Origin: a virus
Taxonomy: Duplodnaviria > Caudoviricetes
Virus record (IMG/VR): IMGVR_UViG_3300045944_000168
Span: 1 to 60,807 of that record
Direction: 5' to 3' (one strand)
DNA length: 60,807 nt
Position numbers and translations under genes: made by a program. Position 1 is the first letter of the stretch, and the number at the start of each line of letters is the position of its first letter. This document shows, piece after piece, positions 28,182 through 38,055 of the stretch. Under the pieces are notes generated by a model, which saw only the letters and a list, made by a program, of their open reading frames with translations, was not told where the DNA came from and made no database searches.

Positions 28182-30550
28182 TGATCATTCTACTTTTCAT
28201 CCTGCTGCTTGCTCCTTCCATCGTCTTTGGACAGACCACGAACTCACGAATACAGGCCGGAGATGGAACGCCGATTACCGATACGACCAATGGTCGATTG
28301 GATGTTACGGTGCAAAATCCGGTCAATGCGGCGCAGAGCGGCACTTGGAATGTGACTAACGTCTCAGGCACGGTATCGTTGCCGACTGGCGCAGCCACAG
28401 AAACGACGTTGGGGACACGGCTGGCCGATGCGACCTTCACGGGGAGATTTCCGGCAGCCTTTGCTTCTGCCGACAACATTGCCGCTCAAACTGCAACGTT
28501 CATTCACGGGGGCTTGTTCGCCTGGGACAGTGGTGGTGGCAATTGGGATCGACTGTTGCTGACCTCGGGGGCGCTGCACGTGAATGTGCAGAATGCGAGC
28601 CTCGCTGTGACGCAATCGGGAGCATGGAGCCTTACGGCGAATGCCGGCTCCAATCTGAATACCTCAGCCTTAGCGCTCGAATCCGGCGGCAATCTGGCAG
28701 GGCTGAACGGAAAATTCCCTGCGGCGGCAGCGTTGGCCAACGATACGGCCAATCCTACCCTTTCGGCCATTGCGTCCTACAACATGTGTTTTGATGGGGC
28801 TACGTGGGACCGGTGCGCGAACATGGCCACGGACACCGATGATAATTCACTTGCGAGTGGACAGGTTACCGGGATCGACATCAGTTTGAACTACGGGTTT
28901 GATGGTACCAATTGGGTGCGGCAACGCGCGTTCTCGTCTGCAGACAATATTGCGGCACAAGTCGGGCAGTTTATGCACGGTGGATTGATGGCCTGGGATT
29001 CAGGCGGTAGCAATTGGGATCGGGTCTTGATTGCCAGCGGACGGCTGCAAGTGGATGGGTCTGGGGTGACGCAACCGATTTCTGGGACGGTGACGGTTGG
29101 TACATTCCCTGATAATGAACCGTTCAACCTTAGCCAGATTGGCGGCAATGCTGTCAGTGCTGGAGTCGGTGTATCTGGAACCGGCACGCTGCGAGTGGCG
29201 GCCATTCTTCATGATGGGACGGATACGGCGTCCGTGACGGCGGCTGGTCGGCTGGAAGTTGAGTGCGGCAATTGTTCAGGATCTGGCGCCACTCATGTAG
29301 ATGATGCTGCTTTTACCGCTACTTCTGACGATGTAGCCCCACTCGGTGCACTCTATGATACGACACCTCCGGCCATTACGGATGGGCGTGTGGGTGTTGC
29401 ACGGATGAATTCCAATCGCGCTTTGATGGTGGACGGCTCCGGCGTCACGCAACCCGTCTCTGGAACGGTGACCGTAACGGACGGCGCCGGCGCGTTGAAT
29501 GTGATTGTCGATTCAGGGTCTCTCACAGCCAACGCGGGAACGAATCTGAATACCTCGGCGCTAGCCCTGGAATCTGGCGGCAATCTGGCGACGGTGGCGG
29601 GGGTGGTGGATGCGACCGGGACGGCCGTGCCAGCCAACACGCTGTTTGTCGGGGGGACGGACGGGACCAATACTCGGGCGCTCAAGACTGATTCGAGCGG
29701 CGAGCTGCAAGTCGACGTGCTCACACTGCCCAGCGTGACGATTGGGACCTTTCCCGACAACGAACCGTTCAATGTGGCGCAAATCAATGGCTCGACGGTG
29801 CAAGTCGCGAGCAACAGCCTCAATACTACTGGCGCGGGCTTGCAAGCGCAGGCGATGGTGGGCCAGTGCGACGACACTTCGCCTACCTCCTTGACCGAGA
29901 ACCAATTCGGGCATGCGCGAATCAACTGCACGACGCACCATCAGCTTGTCGAAGTCGGCGCGGCGCTTCCGACAGGCGCCAATACCATCGGGAATGTGAA
30001 CCCAGGGACGGCAACGAACTGGGGGATCTACGCCGAAGATAACGGCGAAACAGCCGGCGGAAATCTGATGATGGCGGGCACGGTCCGCCGGGATACGGCG
30101 GCGTCCTCAGCGGGATCAACAGGCGACAACGCGACTCTGAACACGGATGCGACCGGCCTCTTGTGGACGCGCTTGATTGATCCCTGTACCTCTGCCGCAA
30201 AAACCTACTTACCGATCAATATTTCCACGGCGGCGACGACTGAAATTACGCCCTCGCTGGCCGGGGGCAGCAATCATTATTACGTGTGTTCGTTGGTGCT
30301 CATTACGGCAGCGGCGAACAACGTGGCCTTGGTGGACGATGATAGCGACGGCTGCGGGTCGGTGACCTCCGGCTTAGCTGGCGGAACCACGGCGGCGTCA
30401 GGATTCAACATGGCGGCGAATGGCGGGCTCACGTTTGGGAATGGTCTCGGGGCGGTGTTCAAGACTGGGGGCACGAATCGGGTGCTCTGTTTGGTCACCA
30501 GTGCGTCGACGCAGCTCTCCGGGACGATGACCGTGGTAGCTGCGCCGTAG
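28178..30550 (+). CDS. repetitive tail fibre-like protein with signal peptide
   Basis: IILLFILLLAPSIVFG|Q; repeated VDGSGVTQP.SGTV, ALALESGGNLA and WDR modules. Confidence 0.7.
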   Translation: MMIILLFILLLAPSIVFGQTTNSRIQAGDGTPITDTTNGRLDVTVQNPVNAAQSGTWNVTNVSGTVSLPTGAATETTLGTRLADATFTGRFPAAFASADNIAAQTATFIHGGLFAWDSGGGNWDRLLLTSGALHVNVQNASLAVTQSGAWSLTANAGSNLNTSALALESGGNLAGLNGKFPAAAALANDTANPTLSAIASYNMCFDGATWDRCANMATDTDDNSLASGQVTGIDISLNYGFDGTNWVRQRAFSSADNIAAQVGQFMHGGLMAWDSGGSNWDRVLIASGRLQVDGSGVTQPISGTVTVGTFPDNEPFNLSQIGGNAVSAGVGVSGTGTLRVAAILHDGTDTASVTAAGRLEVECGNCSGSGATHVDDAAFTATSDDVAPLGALYDTTPPAITDGRVGVARMNSNRALMVDGSGVTQPVSGTVTVTDGAGALNVIVDSGSLTANAGTNLNTSALALESGGNLATVAGVVDATGTAVPANTLFVGGTDGTNTRALKTDSSGELQVDVLTLPSVTIGTFPDNEPFNVAQINGSTVQVASNSLNTTGAGLQAQAMVGQCDDTSPTSLTENQFGHARINCTTHHQLVEVGAALPTGANTIGNVNPGTATNWGIYAEDNGETAGGNLMMAGTVRRDTAASSAGSTGDNATLNTDATGLLWTRLIDPCTSAAKTYLPINISTAATTEITPSLAGGSNHYYVCSLVLITAAANNVALVDDDSDGCGSVTSGLAGGTTAASGFNMAANGGLTFGNGLGAVFKTGGTNRVLCLVTSASTQLSGTMTVVAAP

Positions 30551-30563
30551 GAGGGGGGGATGT

Positions 30564-30809
30564 ATGCCTAATATGGCTGTGCTGGTTGCTGCGTATGTGT
30601 TTCAGAATGGAGTGTTGCAGTGTCAATTGGCGACGGTCACGGCAGACGGACAAGTTGCTGATGTGTTTTTTGCGTATGATTTCGATATGAATACTTCTCA
30701 GTTCAATGCTGAAGTCGAGGCACAGGCCAAAGCGGCTCAGGTAGCTAAAAACGGCGTTGTGTTTGTACCTAGCGATAAAATTCAGATTGCGGCAGGGAGA
30801 GTGACGTGA
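30564..30809 (+). CDS. small tail-region protein
   Basis: GGAGG RBS. Confidence 0.55.
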   Translation: MPNMAVLVAAYVFQNGVLQCQLATVTADGQVADVFFAYDFDMNTSQFNAEVEAQAKAAQVAKNGVVFVPSDKIQIAAGRVT

Positions 30810-31507
30810 AGATTCCGTTGCGAGCCTGGCATCTCTTGGTGGTGCAGCTGGTCTTAGTCGCTTCCCTGGTCTGGGCGGCGAATTCGCGGATTACCGAACT
30901 GACCGAATTGACCACCCCTGCCACTGGCGACATGCTGGAAATCGTCGATGTGTCCGATACGACGGACAACGCGGCTGGCTCCAGCCGCAAAATGCGCGTG
31001 GATCGGATCAGTGAGCAGATCTATGCCTTAGGGAGTGACTACACCAACTCGACGGCTACCGGGACGGAGATTACTGGTATTGGGCCGATGACGGCGCCAG
31101 CAGCCGGGACGTACAAGCTGGAATGTTGGCTGATTGCGCAGAACGCGACCGCCGCGAACGCCGGGGACTTTGGGGTGAACTATACCGGGACCGTCACGCA
31201 AATGTTTGCCACGTTGATTTTCCCAGATCAAGGCCAAACGGCGACGATTGGGACGGCAGACGGCACGGTCACCGGGAACGGCGGTGAGTTGATGGTGACA
31301 CACGGCTCAGTCCTGACCGAATCGACGACGACGCCGAACCTGAACATCATCGACTCCTTTGCGGGGGTGGAGGATGTCTGGATCAATATTCATGCGCTCC
31401 TCACGGTGTCGGATACGGGAGATTTTGAGATCTGGGCCGCGAGCGAATCGACCACAACCTTAACCGTGCAGTCCGGCAGTTATTGCGGTCTGCGGAGGAT
31501 TGCATGA
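30806..31507 (+). CDS. tail fibre-like protein with signal peptide
   Basis: ...LVVQLVLVASLVWA| then ANSRITELTELTTPATGDMLEIVD. Confidence 0.65.
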   Translation: MKIPLRAWHLLVVQLVLVASLVWAANSRITELTELTTPATGDMLEIVDVSDTTDNAAGSSRKMRVDRISEQIYALGSDYTNSTATGTEITGIGPMTAPAAGTYKLECWLIAQNATAANAGDFGVNYTGTVTQMFATLIFPDQGQTATIGTADGTVTGNGGELMVTHGSVLTESTTTPNLNIIDSFAGVEDVWINIHALLTVSDTGDFEIWAASESTTTLTVQSGSYCGLRRIA

Positions 31508-32337
31508 TCGGGCTGATCCTCATTGCGCTATTGTTGTGGGCTGTGCCGAGTTGGGCGGCGCTCGGCATTGGCCAGAGTGAGCTGTGCCGTGCGTTGACCA
31601 CTACCTGCACCACGACGGGGGTGACCACGACCAACGGATCCTCGTTTGTGGTGTGTGTGTCCGGAAATGGCGTGCCGAATACTCCAAGCGACAGCAAAAG
31701 CAACACGTATACCGCGATTGCTACGGAATTATTTCTTGGCGCCAACAACCGCAATCGGTGTTACCACGCACTAAATGCCACTGGTGGATCATCGCATACC
31801 TTTACCGGCTCGATCGCCAGTGGCTCAGTGGTGAGTGTAATTGCTGTGGAAATCACTACAGCGACGACGACGGCGGCGGAAAGCTCAGCCAGGCAGACCG
31901 ATAACGCCACGGCGTTTCTTTCGCCTGGAACCACGACCACGCACGCAGACTCACTGCTGATCGGGTTTCAGACGTTGGAAGGGGGGAGCGCCACCTATAC
32001 GCCGACCCATGGCAATTCGTTTACCGGTCTGGATTCAGAAACCGACGGCGATCTGTATTATCCGGTGTATTCGAGTTATCGCGCGGTATCGAGCGGAACC
32101 TATAATACAAGCATTACAGTGACAGGCTCACCGACCAATACGGGGAATTGGGTGATGGCGTACTACGAAGTGCCTCCGGTGATCTCCGGCTGTCGTTTGC
32201 TCCAAAACGGGACTGATAAACGGTTGACGCAAAACGGGACTGATGGACGGATTTTGCAAGGGGGCGGGGATTGTGAACTCGGCGGCGGCGGACCGGCGGT
32301 GGTCCCTGTCCGCATGATGATAGGTGTGGGGTTATGA
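31504..32337 (+). CDS. tail-region protein with signal peptide
   Basis: MIGLILIALLLWAVPSWA|; Thr/Ser-rich; C-terminal LQNGTD repeats. Confidence 0.65.
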   Translation: MIGLILIALLLWAVPSWAALGIGQSELCRALTTTCTTTGVTTTNGSSFVVCVSGNGVPNTPSDSKSNTYTAIATELFLGANNRNRCYHALNATGGSSHTFTGSIASGSVVSVIAVEITTATTTAAESSARQTDNATAFLSPGTTTTHADSLLIGFQTLEGGSATYTPTHGNSFTGLDSETDGDLYYPVYSSYRAVSSGTYNTSITVTGSPTNTGNWVMAYYEVPPVISGCRLLQNGTDKRLTQNGTDGRILQGGGDCELGGGGPAVVPVRMMIGVGL

Positions 32338-32338
32338 A

Positions 32339-32539
32339 ATGTCGTGGTGTCCGTGGTGCGAAACCAAGGACGATGAAGCAGACAATCGGATTTGCAAGAA
32401 CTGTCGAGAGACATTGCTGAACGAATTGAGAAAAGCGAGCCCCTGTGAGCCTGAGCGGAGTCCGTATGTGACCGTGGTGCGGTGTAATTACTGTGGGCAT
32501 CTGAAGCGGAGTGAGGAAGTGGAAGGACAGGAACGATGA
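32339..32539 (+). CDS. small zinc-finger protein
   Basis: CPWC, CKNC, CNYC. Confidence 0.5.
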   Translation: MSWCPWCETKDDEADNRICKNCRETLLNELRKASPCEPERSPYVTVVRCNYCGHLKRSEEVEGQER

Positions 32540-33930
32540 TGTCTGTACGTAATATGGCCAGATGGAGTCTTGGGGTGGTGCTGTTCTGCCTACTGCATCA
32601 GTCAGTATTTGCAATGGAGCATTATACGGAAGTCTTGAAGGATGGCAAAGGGAACTCCATTAAAGGGGCATCGATCTATGTCTATAACGCCGGCACTACT
32701 ACGCCGTCCCAAATTTATTCAGATAACGGCATTACGCCAAAGGCCAACCCGTTTCTGACCTCCAGCACGATCGATCATCCAGGAGCGTTCGATTTCTACG
32801 CAGTCGGTGGCGTCTACGATATCGTGATTATGAAAGAAGGCTATTCGTTTGATCCGCTGTTGACGAGACGAATTGCGTTGTTTGATCAAACGTCCGGGTT
32901 GGCGATTCCGTATGGACCATCATTTCCTTCCTCTCCCGCTCTGCATTCGCTGTTCATCCTGACCAGCGATAGCGGCGCGAACTGCGAACAAAGCGGGGGA
33001 GTCGTCGTGACGCTTTGTCGATGGGATGGGCTGGCCTGGGCGGTGTTCGGCGGAGGCGGAGGCGGCGGAGGCGGAGGCGGCGGAACAACCGGTTGGCCAT
33101 CGGTCTTAACGGGTGCAGCGGCTACGAGCGAAACGGCAGGGCAGTCCGTCAACATTCGAGGAATCGGTGCGCAGTCAGCCAATGGCAACGATCGCTTCCA
33201 AGGATCTGACGGAATGTTCTACGACGTGTGTGTGGTCGGGAACGTTCGGAACAATTGTAATTATTCTCGGCAACTTAATGCGGGGTTTTATTGGGAGATC
33301 AAGGACGATGATGGCAACGCGATTTTCAGGGTAACGAACGACACGCAGGAACTCACCAACGTAAGGCTGAACGGAGCGAGTTCCGGCAATACAATTATTC
33401 TCACGGAGGAAGATCATTGGGACGTAGCCGCCTGTCAGGATACTACGGCGCAGGCCATCTTCAATCTTCCAACGACGAACGCACCGACCCCCGTTTGTGA
33501 GGGGAGCAACACACGGCTGGCGACGCTCGATTTCAACGATACAACGGATCAGAGTTTCTCTGCTCGATTGATTCTTCCAACAGGGTATCAGTCTACTCCT
33601 GGCATCGATGTCCATTTCCGATGGAAGGCGGCATCGACGTCCGGCACGGTCATGTGGTGCGCGAGATTTGCTCGTGTCGCGGTTGGCTCAACCTCAGATC
33701 CATCGCTTCCATCGGAAACCACGTCGAGTTGTGTGAGTGATACGGCCAACGGTTCGACGCTCACTGAAAATACTACGACCATCGCATCCGTTGCCTGTAC
33801 GTCATGTGCAGCCGGCGATGCCGTTAATGTGGTGGTGTCTCGTGATGCGAACGGCACTTCTGGAACCGACAGTATGACTGGGGACGCTAAGCTCATGAAC
33901 TGGGGGCGAACGTGGACGGTGGCTCACTAA
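32536..33930 (+). CDS. tail fibre/spike-like protein with signal peptide
   Basis: ...LGVVLFCLLHQSVFA| then YNAGTTT...IYSDNG..PKANPF...FYA..G.YDI; poly-Gly linker. Confidence 0.7.
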   Translation: MMSVRNMARWSLGVVLFCLLHQSVFAMEHYTEVLKDGKGNSIKGASIYVYNAGTTTPSQIYSDNGITPKANPFLTSSTIDHPGAFDFYAVGGVYDIVIMKEGYSFDPLLTRRIALFDQTSGLAIPYGPSFPSSPALHSLFILTSDSGANCEQSGGVVVTLCRWDGLAWAVFGGGGGGGGGGGGTTGWPSVLTGAAATSETAGQSVNIRGIGAQSANGNDRFQGSDGMFYDVCVVGNVRNNCNYSRQLNAGFYWEIKDDDGNAIFRVTNDTQELTNVRLNGASSGNTIILTEEDHWDVAACQDTTAQAIFNLPTTNAPTPVCEGSNTRLATLDFNDTTDQSFSARLILPTGYQSTPGIDVHFRWKAASTSGTVMWCARFARVAVGSTSDPSLPSETTSSCVSDTANGSTLTENTTTIASVACTSCAAGDAVNVVVSRDANGTSGTDSMTGDAKLMNWGRTWTVAH

Positions 33931-35084
33931 TGACACGGATCATTCTCCTGTTTCTCCTGCTCTTCTGTTGGTCCAGTGCGCCACAGGCGCAGCTGGCCAA
34001 AGTGGTGTATCTCGCGCCATATGACGGAGACGGGAGCGGAGAGAACCCGTTCCGCCCACGTGGGATGGACGAACAGACCGGATGTATCGATGTGCGCAAG
34101 AATCCAGAGCAAGCGGCCGGGGTCGCGATCTGTGGACGCCAGAGTCTTCCGGCGGGAACCGGCTATATCGAACTCTCAAATCGGTTGGACGGCATCTTGA
34201 GCCGTGCACAGCGACAGGCGATCGAAAGTCGTCTATTGGACGGCGACACGCTTACGGCCACGGACGTACCGGGCATTCTCGTGGAACTCTTGATTGATCG
34301 GCGGAGCGGCGCAAATAAGCTCCGCCAGAATCGTGACGGGAAATACCACATTTATCTCGGTCGAGAAGAGGCGGTCAAGCGCACGGCCTGGCTCTACGAT
34401 CAGTGGCACGTGAACGATAACGGTCTTGTGGCTGATACCACTAATGCCGTTTTCGCGCTACTGCAACCATCGCTCGCGTGGGCGGCCTCCTATACCGAAG
34501 ATTGGGACTGTGCCGACAACGCGGCGCTCACCTGCGACCTCACATGGACGGAAGTCACCGGGACAGGGTGGGAGATTTTCTCCAACGTGGCTCGCACCCT
34601 GACGACGGCGACGGGACGGGCACGCGCAGAGAGTGCGTTAGACACGGACGATCATAAAGTCTCTGCCACCATGACGACCTTTGCCATTACTGGCGGGACG
34701 TTTGGGCGCTGCGGTGTGATGGGGCGGAAAGACGGTACGTCGGCGAATAATTCATACGTGTTCGTGGCGAACAATTTCTCTACGACTAGCGGCTTCGAGC
34801 TTGGCGTGTTTACGGGCGGCGCGATTTCGGTGATTGGCACCAGTACGCAAGATCAGGTCGATGGCGATGTCCTTACGCTCATCGTGGATGGATCGAGCAT
34901 CAGTGGGGATGTCGATACGTCGGTCATCGTCGGGCCGGTGACGGATATGGCTGTTTCTGGAAATCTGTATGGCGGTATTTATAGCAACGGCAATAACACG
35001 AACTTGGATTGCCGATTGAATAATTTTGCAACTGAAGATCTCCCTCCTCCTCCATGGAGTGGAGTGTTAAGGAGACGTGCATGA
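33930..35084 (+). CDS. tail-region protein with signal peptide and lectin-like C-terminal domain
   Basis: MTRIILLFLLLFCWSSAPQA|; beta-sandwich composition. Confidence 0.6.
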   Translation: MTRIILLFLLLFCWSSAPQAQLAKVVYLAPYDGDGSGENPFRPRGMDEQTGCIDVRKNPEQAAGVAICGRQSLPAGTGYIELSNRLDGILSRAQRQAIESRLLDGDTLTATDVPGILVELLIDRRSGANKLRQNRDGKYHIYLGREEAVKRTAWLYDQWHVNDNGLVADTTNAVFALLQPSLAWAASYTEDWDCADNAALTCDLTWTEVTGTGWEIFSNVARTLTTATGRARAESALDTDDHKVSATMTTFAITGGTFGRCGVMGRKDGTSANNSYVFVANNFSTTSGFELGVFTGGAISVIGTSTQDQVDGDVLTLIVDGSSISGDVDTSVIVGPVTDMAVSGNLYGGIYSNGNNTNLDCRLNNFATEDLPPPPWSGVLRRRA

Positions 35085-37879
35085 TGAAGCAGGCATTGTT
35101 TGCTGTGGTCTGTTTGCTCTGGCTGACAACGGCATATTGGCTCACGTTTGCGCAGGCTCCGATCGTGACGTATTGGGTTTCTCCCTCTGGGAGTGACGCG
35201 AATGCCTGTTCGGCAGTCGATGGGAGCACTGATCCCGGCGTGTATAAAGCGACGCCAAACGGGGTCATGACCTGCCTCACAGGGGGCGGGAAGGCCATTA
35301 TTCGAGCTGGAACGTATACCGGTTCGACGGCCCATTTCCGCAATCTGCCGTCCGGGACGCCAGGATCTCCCATCATTATTGAAGGCGATCCCAACGATTC
35401 TCCAGGATGTGCGTTGGCCGAAACGTGTTCAACGATTTTGCAGCCGGCCACTGGGTCTGTGAACTCCATCATTCCAGCGTCAAATTATATTATCCGCAAG
35501 TTCATTATCGATCATACGAACAACCGGAATTATCCGATCCGCATTGGTGGGAATGGAGTGACGACTTGTACTAACGTCCTGATTGAGGATGTGGTTTTGC
35601 GGAACACGCAACTGTCTGATGGTGGAGCCGGGGGAGCTACGGGGCTGATTACGGATGATGCTTGTAATTTCATTACCTTCAGACGGATGCATATTCATCA
35701 TAATGGGGAAGTCCCTGGCGGTGGCCCTGGCGGGTATTTTCAGAGTGATGATACGACGTTTGAGGATGGGTGGGTTCACCATAACTCATATATTGGGATT
35801 CAGTGCTACAGCTCTTTCCCCGGAGTTGCGAGACCGGATCGATGCAAAATCTTACGATCGATCATCGAAAACAACGATAATGCAGGAATATTTCTCGAAG
35901 GAGACGATGATGAAGCCATTGGAAATATCATCAGGAACAACGGAGGAGGAATCGATACGGGGTCAAACGGCGCGGCTAGAGCGCATATCTACAATAATGT
36001 CATCGCAAACGGTAGTATCAACATCGGCGCATCAGGGTCTGGACCTAACTCGATCATTCGAAACAATATTATGATGGGCAATGTGACGGTCAGTGCTGGC
36101 TCCACGGGGACGATTGTGTCTCACAATGCGTGCCTATCATCCAGTAATTGTGGGACGAATAAGCTGACGATTGCATCTATTGCTGATCTGACCGTTTCGT
36201 CCAGCAATTTCAGTTTGAAACCAGGTTCTGCGGCGATTAATGCGGGTATCGATGTCGGGTTGCCGTTCAACGGATCGGCTCCTGATATCGGCATGAGTGA
36301 AACCTTTCTTGTCTCGTCCGCGACGGTGGCGACCAATGTCGTTGAAGTGGTTGTCGGCATGAACCTGAATACGCCGGTTGTCCCGACCTCATCTGGTTGG
36401 TCGGTAGGCTGTACTGGAACGGGATGCGGATCTCCAGTCGTTTCGACTGTTACGCTGAAATCAGGCACCAGCGCCACGATCCAACTGGTGATTACGGGGA
36501 TTACCGGCACGAACTGTGATGCCGGCCAAACCTGGACCGTGAGCTATTCCAGTGCGACCGGCACTACGACGAATTTTACGTGGGTTGTCAATCGGCAAGC
36601 CTTGACGAGTGCTACGAATTTCGCAGTGACGAACAATTGTACGGGCGGTGGGCCACCTCCACCGGCCGGATTGCATATTTATTACAAGCTTGATGATGGG
36701 ACCGGTACGAATGCCAACGATGAGACAGCGAACAATCTGGATGGGACCTTAACGAATAGTCCAGCGTGGGTCGCGGCCCGCAATGGGCAGGGTGTGTCCA
36801 TCACGCAAGCCAGTACCCAATATATTGCCATGCCCTATGGTAGCGGGATCAATCCTCTCTCGCAATCGCTCACCGTCTCCTTCTGGGTCTATGTCACCGA
36901 TGTGAATTTCCTGGGAATTCGCTGGGGCGCGCCACTCGGCACGAATCAACGGCTGTATATCGGACAACAGAGCGGCACGTGGCGAATTGGCGTGCAGGAT
37001 TCTAACTACAGCACAGGGGCGTCAGATAAAGCAGTGGAAGTCGGCTGGACGCATCTTTGTATGACAGTGGACAACGCGACGCCTGGTAGCGGTACAGGGA
37101 CTGCGACGTTGCATGTCAATGGAGTTGCGTCAAATTCTCCGAATGCGAAGAAGACCTATACGTCCTACGCGCTAGCCGACAATTTCCGTGTGGGTGGCAT
37201 TGCAGCGAATCCTACTCCCGGAGGCATCTATGACGATGTAAAACTATGGCTTGGTATTGTTTCTTGTGCCGACGATTTTGCTTCCTCTAATCCTCCTACT
37301 TCTCCGTGGATCGGCACACTTTCGTCTGTCGCTGCGCAATTTTATATGACCAAGACAGATCCGGCCAGTGTGCTGATCCCGCTTGGGAAAAACAACGCCA
37401 ACGTGACAATCCCTCCTGGGGGGGCATGGGCCTTGTTGCTCGAAACGAAATGCGAGGCGGGTGTGAATTGTACGCCGATCGGGCAAAAGCTCTTTTATTC
37501 CTGTGCGGCCTGTCCGAGTAATGGATCGATTTTATTGATGCCGAACACGGCGACCACGGACGGCATTGAATTTTGGGGCCAGACCACGGAGCCAGGATTG
37601 TTGAGTGGAGCACCACCGAACAAACTGACGACCGGTACGTCAGTGGATGTGGCAGGCGGAACAAACCCGAATGCCGATACAATCCCTGTGGTGGGATTGA
37701 ATCAAAATCAAAGCACGGTGATTGCGTATCTTGGCCGTATTGTTCCAGGAACGCCGACCGGGCGAACGTTCTGTATGAAGCCGCGCGAGCAATCCGGGCT
37801 CGATTTAAATGGTGGCTATACGCCGCCTGGAGGAGCGTGTGTGACGGTAGGCATTCCAACTTCGACTGGCGGGCCGTGA
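35081..37879 (+). CDS. tailspike-like parallel beta-helix + LamG-like protein with signal peptide
   Basis: ...FAVVCLLWLTTAYWLTFAQA|; YWVSPSGSDAN; IxNN repeats; GSAAINAG...APDIG; YYKLDDGTG...WTHL...YDDVK. Confidence 0.75.
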   Translation: MMKQALFAVVCLLWLTTAYWLTFAQAPIVTYWVSPSGSDANACSAVDGSTDPGVYKATPNGVMTCLTGGGKAIIRAGTYTGSTAHFRNLPSGTPGSPIIIEGDPNDSPGCALAETCSTILQPATGSVNSIIPASNYIIRKFIIDHTNNRNYPIRIGGNGVTTCTNVLIEDVVLRNTQLSDGGAGGATGLITDDACNFITFRRMHIHHNGEVPGGGPGGYFQSDDTTFEDGWVHHNSYIGIQCYSSFPGVARPDRCKILRSIIENNDNAGIFLEGDDDEAIGNIIRNNGGGIDTGSNGAARAHIYNNVIANGSINIGASGSGPNSIIRNNIMMGNVTVSAGSTGTIVSHNACLSSSNCGTNKLTIASIADLTVSSSNFSLKPGSAAINAGIDVGLPFNGSAPDIGMSETFLVSSATVATNVVEVVVGMNLNTPVVPTSSGWSVGCTGTGCGSPVVSTVTLKSGTSATIQLVITGITGTNCDAGQTWTVSYSSATGTTTNFTWVVNRQALTSATNFAVTNNCTGGGPPPPAGLHIYYKLDDGTGTNANDETANNLDGTLTNSPAWVAARNGQGVSITQASTQYIAMPYGSGINPLSQSLTVSFWVYVTDVNFLGIRWGAPLGTNQRLYIGQQSGTWRIGVQDSNYSTGASDKAVEVGWTHLCMTVDNATPGSGTGTATLHVNGVASNSPNAKKTYTSYALADNFRVGGIAANPTPGGIYDDVKLWLGIVSCADDFASSNPPTSPWIGTLSSVAAQFYMTKTDPASVLIPLGKNNANVTIPPGGAWALLLETKCEAGVNCTPIGQKLFYSCAACPSNGSILLMPNTATTDGIEFWGQTTEPGLLSGAPPNKLTTGTSVDVAGGTNPNADTIPVVGLNQNQSTVIAYLGRIVPGTPTGRTFCMKPREQSGLDLNGGYTPPGGACVTVGIPTSTGGP

Positions 37880-38055
37880 TCGAATACATCTGGCAGCGTG
37901 CCTGCCCACAATGCGGGAGACACTTAGCACGCCTCTGTGAATACGGGGTTGCATGGCTCTGTAAGTGCGGATGGACCACTGCCGATGTAAGCAGAGCAAT
38001 ACGAAAGCCTGAGCACCCACAGAATGTTGAGAATGTGTTCCACGGGGAACAATGA
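37876..38055 (+). CDS. small zinc-finger protein
   Basis: GTGA-coupled; CPQC...CKCG. Confidence 0.45.
   Translation: MIEYIWQRACPQCGRHLARLCEYGVAWLCKCGWTTADVSRAIRKPEHPQNVENVFHGEQ

Noticed and set aside
33048-33083. GGC/GGA repeat as a contingency locus
   Set aside because: In-frame poly-Gly linker with mixed codons, an ordinary hinge
28178-37879. Diversity-generating retroelement acting on the fibres
   Set aside because: No reverse transcriptase seen; repeat copies differ at synonymous positions rather than specifically at adenines
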